This document shows, in pieces, positions 56,070 to 64,000 of a DNA stretch of 64,000 nt. This DNA comes from a bacterium (GTDB lineage: Bacteria; Margulisbacteria; WOR-1; O2-12-FULL-45-9; XYB2-FULL-48-7). Location: NCBI GenBank assembly GCA_043812655.1, contig JBDRLW010000008.1:3198-67197 (forward strand). The letters are read 5' to 3'. The notes below the pieces were generated by a model that was given only the letters and a program-made list of their open reading frames with translations, ran no database searches and was not told the origin of the DNA. Positions within the stretch are counted from its first letter, which is position 1, and every line of letters starts with the position of its first letter. The translations under genes and the position numbers were made by a program.

Positions 56070-58570
56070 TTATCATTTAGACTATAGCAAACAACGCGCT
56101 GGGTGGCAATGTCGGAAAGCAGGATCAGCGGTTGTTTAGAAAAATCAAAGATCCGGACGACTCGGCGCAAGGCTTTGTCATCATGAAGTTCTTCTTTAGC
56201 CAAAGAAGGGTTCAGTTTAAAACCGTTAAACAGGGCCAGATAGAATATTTGGGCTTCGACCAGGTCAAGAAAAAAGTGCGAGCCAAAAGAGAGTTCCGGC
56301 ATAAAACCACTTTCGGGCTCCGCCACTTCAACCAGAGCGGCAAAATTATTGATCTCGGCAAAACTGACCGGGACACCCAGTGTCGCGTCCTTTGTCCCCC
56401 AGCGGCCGGGACCAATCAGCATTGTCGGATGTTTTTTTCTGTCTTTAATTTCCCTGTTAAGCCGGCCGATCAATCTAGCTACGGTAAATTTTTTATTATA
56501 CAAAAGCTTGGCATATTCCCTAGTATCGATATAAATAACCTTGTTAATTGGCTGGGAGACATTCCCCCCCATAAAATTACCTGTCGTTTCAATCAATGAG
56601 TTTTCCGGCTTGATCTTCCCCGGCATTTTTACCGGGAGGTTTGGCCCCTTCGCCTGGAGCGGTCGGCATTGCAGAACATTGACCTGCAGTTTTCCTGCTC
56701 GATTATAATTAGCGGTAAACTCAACATCGACCGGATATTCATAGACCGCTTCCAGCCGCGCCAGCATCTGCTGAAGGCTAACGGCGAATTCTGTTTTGGA
56801 CAAAAGCTGGTCAAAAGTCAAAAACAGGAAATCTTGCTTACTTCTCTGCGCGATCAATTCCAAGTTAATGGCTGGCTCTTCGGTTAAAAGTTGTGACAGC
56901 GGCAATGAAATTAATTCGTTTTTTTCTATATCGAGCAGGTCAACTTCGTGCTGGGAAAACTTAAGTTTGTCTTCCACCCCGGCATACGGCTGTAAAAGCG
57001 GTTTATCAAGCGCTACAACTCGGGGATAGTCCCCTTCAACCCGGTTGACCGCCCTGGTCCCCAAACCAAAAACCAGACGAAGCATCCCCGCTTTTGGGTC
57101 CATTTCTTGATTCCAAACAAAAGTATTGTAAGAAACCCCTACCCCGGCTAAAAATGGAAAAAAATATTTTTGATACTGCGTCCCAGAAACGCGCTGGACC
57201 AAAAGAGCCATCTGCTCGTCTTGCAGGCCCAAACCCCTCTGCTGCCGATAGGTTAGCGCATCTTCATTCATCGTGCTGGCAAAGACTTCCCTGACCGTCC
57301 GTTCATAATTGACGTAGCGCTCATCCAGGCTACCCTGATTAACGCAAAAAATACTCTCATACTTCCCGGCAAAGGCGTTGCCAAACCCGTCTTCCAATAA
57401 ACTGGAAGAACGGATAATGATCGGCGACTGGCCATAATATTCCAGGAGTTGGTTGAATTGTTCCCTGATCTCATCAGGAAAATTTCCCGTTAGAAGTTTT
57501 TCTTTTAAGTCGGCCGCTTTGGCAAAAAAGCCCTCGGTTGTTTTTTGCTCCAGCCAGAGGTCCCACCAGCCATTTTGGACAATGTAAGAATAAAAAACAT
57601 CGGAACCGATATAAAAAGAATCATGCGCTTCCAGTTTTTCTTCCCAATTGGCCAGGATCTTACGCGCCAGGAGCATCCCCACCGCTTTTCCCCCGATATA
57701 GCCGGTGCCGATCATCCGGTTTTTGATCGCGATCAAATCTTCCAAGGCAAAATATTTTTTGACCAAAGAGAGCATCCGCTCTTCCCGTCCGACCATGATC
57801 CGTAATAACTGGTCAACCATTTTATTTTTTTCTTCCTCGGCCGCTTCAGTCTTGGTCAGCTCCTCCGCCTTAATAAATAGCCTGTCCCAATAATCAAGGT
57901 TCCGCTCGGCCGTTTCCGCCCCCTTGGCCGACATATAAGCTAAAAGCCGGGCTGCGTCGACACTGCTGGTCAGCGGCAAATATTTTTCCCCTTCCGCGAT
58001 ATGGGGCAAGAACATCGTCGGCGAATAGCGGTTCCAGACTTTTAAGGGATGAAGATAATACTTCCCTTCAAAGCTATAAACATCAAGTAAAAGCTGGGTC
58101 GTTTCCCTGATCCGGGCAATGGTTTTATAAGAATGATTATTCCGTAAAATGGCAAAATAAGCCAAAGTATTTAATTTAAAAAGATAGGGGCAAGTGACCA
58201 TGAAAAAGTTCCCGATCATGAGGTCTGTCGCCCAGGCAAAAAGCAGATCGGATAAACAATCAAAAAGATAAAAAGCCCCATCCCCTTCCAGTGTGATGAT
58301 CTCGTGAACCTCTTTGGAAAAGGATTCAAACCCGACCGTCGCGTCAAGATCATAAGTCTTTACGTCTTTTATTAGCGGCGGATGGCTGGCAAAGCGGATA
58401 TAAATGATCTTGCGCCCGTCTTTTTTAGCTTGTTCAATATAAGGCCTTACAAAATAGAGATAATCCTCAATACGGTCAACCTGCCAAACAACATTATCCC
58501 CCTTCCTTAAACCCTGAAGGATGTTGTCAAGCCCATTCACTCCGGAACTGACAAAATTTATCGTCTTCAT
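56066..58570 (-). CDS. Large protein with a degenerate KaiC/RecA-like N-terminal domain and a PEP-utilising-enzyme ATP-grasp (PPDK_N-type) nucleotide-binding domain; no phospho-His swivel domain
   Basis: IIRSSSLLEDGFGNAFAGKYES matches the PpsA/PPDK N-domain (VAVRSSATAEDLPxASFAGQ). GGKAVGMLLARKIL and a C-terminal VDVEFT...LQCRP fit the ATP-grasp. The N-terminal SSGVNGLDNILQGL resembles a KaiC/RadA fold but has no P-loop. Confidence 0.5.
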   Translation of the reverse strand: MKTINFVSSGVNGLDNILQGLRKGDNVVWQVDRIEDYLYFVRPYIEQAKKDGRKIIYIRFASHPPLIKDVKTYDLDATVGFESFSKEVHEIITLEGDGAFYLFDCLSDLLFAWATDLMIGNFFMVTCPYLFKLNTLAYFAILRNNHSYKTIARIRETTQLLLDVYSFEGKYYLHPLKVWNRYSPTMFLPHIAEGEKYLPLTSSVDAARLLAYMSAKGAETAERNLDYWDRLFIKAEELTKTEAAEEEKNKMVDQLLRIMVGREERMLSLVKKYFALEDLIAIKNRMIGTGYIGGKAVGMLLARKILANWEEKLEAHDSFYIGSDVFYSYIVQNGWWDLWLEQKTTEGFFAKAADLKEKLLTGNFPDEIREQFNQLLEYYGQSPIIIRSSSLLEDGFGNAFAGKYESIFCVNQGSLDERYVNYERTVREVFASTMNEDALTYRQQRGLGLQDEQMALLVQRVSGTQYQKYFFPFLAGVGVSYNTFVWNQEMDPKAGMLRLVFGLGTRAVNRVEGDYPRVVALDKPLLQPYAGVEDKLKFSQHEVDLLDIEKNELISLPLSQLLTEEPAINLELIAQRSKQDFLFLTFDQLLSKTEFAVSLQQMLARLEAVYEYPVDVEFTANYNRAGKLQVNVLQCRPLQAKGPNLPVKMPGKIKPENSLIETTGNFMGGNVSQPINKVIYIDTREYAKLLYNKKFTVARLIGRLNREIKDRKKHPTMLIGPGRWGTKDATLGVPVSFAEINNFAALVEVAEPESGFMPELSFGSHFFLDLVEAQIFYLALFNGFKLNPSLAKEELHDDKALRRVVRIFDFSKQPLILLSDIATQRVVCYSLNDK
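56082..56110 (-). promoter_or_regulatory. Internal sigma70-type promoter (TTGCCA-17-TATAGT) for the Type IIL gene; copy B of the duplicated promoter
   Basis: Minus strand reads TTGCCAcccagcgcgttgtttgcTATAGT. It lies inside the 3' end of the 837-aa gene, 13 nt upstream of the RM enzyme ATG. Confidence 0.5.
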
Positions 58571-59547
58571 AAATCCCAAAAACTGATTAATTTATCATAA
58601 TCAATGATCGAAACCAAGGCTTTGCTTTCTGTCACTATGCCAGATTCTTCGGCGGCGGCGACCGGATTAAGCCCTCCTGGAATTACTATCCCCACCCGTT
58701 CGAGGCCAACCGGTACGCCAAGGATCGTTTGGCCGGCTTTGCCGATCATAATCGCTTTGCCTAAGCCGGCCGATTCTGCCCGGCGCAAGATCGCCTCGGC
58801 TTCATCGCGCGAAGCCGCCGGGATCTCCCTTAAGCTGGCCAATATTTTCCCCTTGCCAAGGCAGGCGGCACTGACGCTGGTCATCCGGCTCTTTAAAAAT
58901 ATTTCGTGCGGATCAAGCGTTGAACCGGTGTAATTGATAATATCGGTAAAACGGAGCGGCCGTTCATCTTCGATCTGCAGGATCCCGCCAAATCTTGATT
59001 CGATCGGAATGGAATGCTTGGTCAATATCCCATTTAGGTTGATACTGCAGAGCGTGCCAAAGGCCACTTGCCCGGGCGGAACAATTATCCCGCCAATTTT
59101 TTCGCCTTCAGGTACGACCACCACGAGTTCACCGGTCGCAAAGCCGCTTTTGAAAACTTGAGCCATAACTCCCAAGGCCTTTTTAAAGTCTTTTTTCTGG
59201 AAAAAAGAGAGATTTAAGATCACTCCGCCCGATTTATTTTCAAGGTCAAAATCCATTTTATACGCCATCGTCTCAATACGTGAGCTCATAAAGCCAACTT
59301 TATCAAAAACCAGCGCGTCCCCTAACTCTTCCAGCCCTTTACTGGTGATCATCCGCCCCTCCTTCCAAATTACTTTGGTTAAACCACGCTCGTTCATCAC
59401 TTTTAAATGATAGCGGACCGCCCTCTCCGAAAGTTCAATCCCATGATCTTTCAATTTTTTGGCTATGTCAGCCGAACCGATCGGCTCGCTCTTCTGTGAA
59501 ATTATCCGCAAGATCGCGTTGATCTTCCTGTCTAAGTCCGTCGTCAT
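58567..59547 (-). CDS. NrpR-like regulator (N-terminal winged HTH + DUF128 nitrogen-regulatory domain)
   Basis: IISQKSEPIGSADIAKKL...RAVRYHLKVMNERGL wHTH followed by one roughly 230-aa domain. Divergent from gdhA. Start trimmed to the ATG at 59547. Confidence 0.45.
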   Translation of the reverse strand: MTTDLDRKINAILRIISQKSEPIGSADIAKKLKDHGIELSERAVRYHLKVMNERGLTKVIWKEGRMITSKGLEELGDALVFDKVGFMSSRIETMAYKMDFDLENKSGGVILNLSFFQKKDFKKALGVMAQVFKSGFATGELVVVVPEGEKIGGIIVPPGQVAFGTLCSINLNGILTKHSIPIESRFGGILQIEDERPLRFTDIINYTGSTLDPHEIFLKSRMTSVSAACLGKGKILASLREIPAASRDEAEAILRRAESAGLGKAIMIGKAGQTILGVPVGLERVGIVIPGGLNPVAAAEESGIVTESKALVSIIDYDKLISFWDL

Positions 59548-59569
59548 AACGAGAATATTATAACATGGA

Positions 59570-59599
59570 TTGACATACGGCAATAGGTTGCCGTATAAT
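59570..59599 (+). promoter_or_regulatory. Consensus sigma70 promoter of gdhA with a perfect 9-bp inverted-repeat operator in the spacer
   Basis: TTGACA-18 nt-TATAAT. The spacer and -10 contain ATACGGCAAtaggTTGCCGTAT (59575-59596). AAGGAGG SD precedes the gdhA ATG. Confidence 0.6.
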
Positions 59600-59643
59600 A
59601 ATGGCCAGCAAAAGAAAGGAGGAGAAGTTTGTTGGTTCGATAG

Positions 59644-61008
<1,365 letters not shown>

Positions 61009-61046
61009 TTGGTTAGTCAGTTAGTCTGATAGTTTGTTAGAAAAAA

Positions 61047-61079
61047 GCCCTCCGATGTTTGTCGGGGGGCTTTTTGTTT
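61047..61079. terminator. Bidirectional rho-independent terminator between gdhA and the convergent OMP gene
   Basis: aaaaaaGCCCTCCGAtgtttgTCGGGGGGCtttttgttt: a 9-bp GC-rich stem with A-run and T-run flanks. Confidence 0.65.
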
Positions 61080-61097
61080 GTGGTGTGAAGCGATTTT

Positions 61098-61736
61098 TTA
61101 GAAGAACGCCATCCTGGCTCCAGCGGCTAGGATAAAGCCATCGAGCGGCAATGAATTACCGCTGCTATCCTTAATGCTGGTCCGCAAATAATTGATCTGG
61201 GCAAAAGCTCCGGTATCTGGGCCAAGGCCAAATTCGATCCCTGTCCCGATCTGGGCGCCAAATCCGGCAAAACTTGAAGGGGAATTAAGTTTAACTTCGC
61301 TGGATTTATTGGCTGTATAGTAGTTGGCTTCGGCATCCAAATAAAGATTGGCGATACCATGGGCGCTGGAATCCCCCCAACTAAGAACATACATTCTAGC
61401 TCCATAGCCAAACCTTAAAATTGAATAAGTCGCGTTAAGCGTGGTCCCCTGGTCATTATTAAATGACGATAGGCCAAATCTAGGTCCAGTATCTAAGTTC
61501 TGGTTTAATCTAGCGTCGAACTCAAGCCCAAGATCATACGCTGTAGTTTTTGTCGCCAAAACATCCCTGTTGGGAGAGATCATACTTAACCTTACCCCCA
61601 ATCTATAGGACTTTTTCTGAGACATCGCCAATAGATCTTTCGTTGAAACCGTGCTTGTCCCTTCGATCGCGTAAGCCGGAACTATCGCCGCTAAACTTAA
61701 AACAAAAACCGCCAACAAAGTAAGGACCTTTTTCAT
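61098..61736 (-). CDS. Small outer-membrane beta-barrel protein (OmpW/OmpA-like), tandem paralog 1
   Basis: Signal peptide and C-terminal ...ARMAFF aromatic terminus. About 50% identical to the neighbouring paralog. Confidence 0.5.
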   Translation of the reverse strand: MKKVLTLLAVFVLSLAAIVPAYAIEGTSTVSTKDLLAMSQKKSYRLGVRLSMISPNRDVLATKTTAYDLGLEFDARLNQNLDTGPRFGLSSFNNDQGTTLNATYSILRFGYGARMYVLSWGDSSAHGIANLYLDAEANYYTANKSSEVKLNSPSSFAGFGAQIGTGIEFGLGPDTGAFAQINYLRTSIKDSSGNSLPLDGFILAAGARMAFF

Positions 61737-61802
61737 AACTACTCCTCCTTAAATGGAATGTTGGGATTATTATACTAAAGTACCATTCGTCTAGCAAGCG
61801 TT

Positions 61803-62456
61803 TTAGAAAAAGGCCATCCTGCTGCCAACCGTCAAAACTAAGCCGTCAAGAGGCAAAGTATGACTGCTTATGTCGTTTATGCTGGTGCGCAAATAATCGA
61901 TCTGGGCAAAAGCTCCGGTATTCGGCCCGAAAGTAAACTCAAGCCCCACCCCCGCTTGAACCCCAAGCCCGGCAAAACTGGCAGGGGAAATAGCCAGCGC
62001 GGTTGAGTCTTTGATCTTATTAGCGGCAAAATAATTAACTTCCCCGGCAAAATAGAGGTTAGCAAACCCATGAAGACTGGAATGGTCGCTCCAGTTAATA
62101 GCATAAAGCTTGGCGCCATAACCAAACCTGATGATCTGATATGAAGCATTTAGCGTTGTTCCCTGGTCATTGACACAAGAGGCAATACCAAACCGCGGGC
62201 CGGTATCAAGATTTTCATTGAACTTAAAATCAAATGCAAGCCCAATGTCATAAGCAGGGATCTTGGTCGCCAATATATCGCTAGCCGGAGAGATCATGCT
62301 GACTTTAACCCCTAATCCAAGATTTTTTCTTTGGGCTAATGTTAATAATTCTTTTGTTGAAACTGTAGTTGTCCCTTCAAGCGCATAAACAGGGACAAGA
62401 CTTATTCCTCCTAAAATAAAAATAGTAAGGGAACACAACCAAAAATACTTTCTCAT
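61803..62456 (-). CDS. Small outer-membrane beta-barrel protein, tandem paralog 2
   Basis: Signal peptide and C-terminal ...SRMAFF. Paralogous to 61098-61736. Confidence 0.5.
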   Translation of the reverse strand: MRKYFWLCSLTIFILGGISLVPVYALEGTTTVSTKELLTLAQRKNLGLGVKVSMISPASDILATKIPAYDIGLAFDFKFNENLDTGPRFGIASCVNDQGTTLNASYQIIRFGYGAKLYAINWSDHSSLHGFANLYFAGEVNYFAANKIKDSTALAISPASFAGLGVQAGVGLEFTFGPNTGAFAQIDYLRTSINDISSHTLPLDGLVLTVGSRMAFF

Positions 62457-62465
62457 AACATCTCT

Positions 62466-63659
62466 CTATTCGTAGCGCAAGGCGATAACTGGATCGAGTT
62501 TGGCCGCCCGCACAGCCGGATAAACCCCAAAGAAGATCCCAACTACTGCCGACACCGTCACCGCGAGTATTACCGCCCACCAAGCGATCACCAGCGTTCC
62601 CTTGATCGCGAACATGATCAGAAAAGCGCCGGTAAGGCCAAAGATTATCCCTAAAAAACCGCCGATCAAACTGATCATCATCGATTCGACTAAAAATTGC
62701 AAAATAATGTCTTTTGATTTCGCGCCGATCGCTTTGCGGACCCCGATCTCCCTCACCCGTTCATTGACCGCCACTAGCATGATATTCATAATGCCGATCC
62801 CGCCGACCAAAAGCGAGATCGCCGCGATCCCGGTCACAAAAGCCGTTAACGCCCCTAATATATTATTAACAATATTAAGTATCCCCTGTTGGGTCAGCGT
62901 TCTAAAGTCATCATTCCCCAATCGCCTGGCAACCACTGTCGTTAATTTGGCTTTCACTTCATCGATCTTATCGATATCTTTAGGGAAAATATTAAAACGG
63001 AGGATCTTATCATTACCGAACATATTGGTCGACGTTGTCACCGGTACGAGCAGCCGTTTGTCCATATCCATTGGCCCAAAACTTCCCCTCGCTTCTGTAA
63101 CACCAATTATCAAGTATTGTGTTCCCCTTAGCTTAATCCTTTCCCCCACCGCATTACTTTCGCCAAAAAACGCTTGGGCGATCTTTGGGCCGATGACCGT
63201 CACTTTCCGGCGCGACTCAACTTCGGTCACGGTAAAAAAACGGCCAGAAGTCAGTTTTCCTCCCATCAGATCAAGAAAGTTAGCGGTCGCGCCGATCACT
63301 ACCGGCGATTTAACGGCTTTTTTTCCATAATACAGGTCGCCGGTGCCGGGATTTAACGCGACGATATCCCTTATTTCCGGCACCCTACTCTTAAAATAAG
63401 CGATATCAGCGTAAGTGAATTTTGGGTTGGGCGGCGAACTGGCGTCTTTGCCGGCCGCTAAAACAAAAGAATCATAGCCCGCCCCCATATTTTTGATCTG
63501 GTCGGTCACATAAGTTTTTGCCCCTTCGCCGATCGTCACCAGGGTAATGACCGAAAAGATCCCAATGATCACTCCCAGCATCGTCAGGAAGCTCCGCACT
63601 TTGTTGGCCAGCAGAGAACGAACCGCTTGCTTCATGCTTTCCCAAATGAAAAAGATCAT
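62466..63659 (-). CDS. ABC transporter permease, FtsX/MacB family
   Basis: N-terminal TM helix, large periplasmic MacB-like domain, C-terminal 3-TM FtsX domain. Confidence 0.75.
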   Translation of the reverse strand: MIFFIWESMKQAVRSLLANKVRSFLTMLGVIIGIFSVITLVTIGEGAKTYVTDQIKNMGAGYDSFVLAAGKDASSPPNPKFTYADIAYFKSRVPEIRDIVALNPGTGDLYYGKKAVKSPVVIGATANFLDLMGGKLTSGRFFTVTEVESRRKVTVIGPKIAQAFFGESNAVGERIKLRGTQYLIIGVTEARGSFGPMDMDKRLLVPVTTSTNMFGNDKILRFNIFPKDIDKIDEVKAKLTTVVARRLGNDDFRTLTQQGILNIVNNILGALTAFVTGIAAISLLVGGIGIMNIMLVAVNERVREIGVRKAIGAKSKDIILQFLVESMMISLIGGFLGIIFGLTGAFLIMFAIKGTLVIAWWAVILAVTVSAVVGIFFGVYPAVRAAKLDPVIALRYE

Positions 63660-63670
63660 AAAATAATAAT

Positions 63671-63726
63671 GCCCTCACCCCGTCCGCCTACGGCGGACTG
63701 CCCCTCTCCCATAGGGAGAGGGGCGG
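63671..63726. repeat. R1 element copy
   Basis: gccctcaccccgtccgcctacggcggactgcccctctcccatagggagaggggcgg. Confidence 0.75.
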
Positions 63727-63728
63727 TT

Positions 63729-63992
63729 TTACATTGCCACCGGTAAAGGACTAATAGCCTCCTTAATTTTTTCTAAAACAATATTACTATTGTCTTCAAT
63801 TTCCTGATTAGTAATCCTGATAAAATAAACGGACTTTGCTTCTATCTCCTGTTGCCTGACTTCGTCATATTCACGATGCATCCTATTTTCATGGATACTC
63901 CCATCGATCTCAATTGCCAATCTTTTCTCTGGACAATAAAAATCAACCACAAAGCCTTCGATTACATGCTGTCTACGAAACTTTAAACCCAT
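63729..63992 (-). CDS. DUF559 / Vsr-like endonuclease-domain protein (N-terminus probably beyond the window end)
   Basis: VVDFYCPEKRLAIEIDGSIH...IRITNQEI matches the DUF559 core (DFyc...l.iE.DG..H). Confidence 0.5.
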   Translation of the reverse strand: MGLKFRRQHVIEGFVVDFYCPEKRLAIEIDGSIHENRMHREYDEVRQQEIEAKSVYFIRITNQEIEDNSNIVLEKIKEAISPLPVAM

Positions 63993-64000
63993 AAAACTCC

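Overview
The window is a 64-kb chromosomal segment from a diderm (LPS-making) bacterium of moderate GC, with almost no non-coding space and heavy use of 4-bp ATGA start/stop overlaps. Content runs in four blocks. (1) 0.6-18.5 kb is a lipid A / glycolipid cluster: two LpxB-like GT19 genes, msbA, an LpxL-like acyltransferase, a GT9 heptosyltransferase, three GT2 genes, an epimerase, and five paralogous ArnT/PMT-type GT83 membrane glycosyltransferases. (2) 18.7-27.7 kb holds housekeeping genes: an AmmeMemoRadiSam-type radical SAM gene, hisS, a thiE-thiS-thiG-thiH-thiF operon behind a TPP riboswitch, a secreted hydrolase, a PflX-like radical SAM gene, maf and a flavin reductase. (3) 28-51.9 kb and 59.6-61 kb form a large nitrogen-assimilation neighbourhood. 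It contains gltB-gltD, glnA (GSI), glnN (GSIII), porin-amt-glnK, nadE, nfnAB-like genes, gdhA, a GAF-sigma54 activator and an NrpR-like regulator, with three recognisable sigma54 promoters. A complete F-type ATP synthase operon (atpIBEFHAGDC) sits inside this block. (4) 51.9-59.5 kb is a visibly AT-richer accessory, defence-like operon. It encodes an NrpR-like wHTH protein, an 837-aa KaiC-like/PEP-utilising ATP-grasp protein, an MmeI-family Type IIL restriction-modification enzyme, a Panacea-domain antitoxin and a small putative toxin, with duplicated promoters. The most unusual property of the window is at least six families of short (20-180 bp) dispersed palindromic or MITE-like repeats, with at least ten copies lying inside protein-coding genes while keeping the reading frame open, in the manner of Rickettsia palindromic elements (RPEs). 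Some copies are nested in one another, one sits at a domain fusion point, one in a signal peptide, and two flank an unannotated small ORF. No tRNA, rRNA, CRISPR array, integrase or transposase gene was found.
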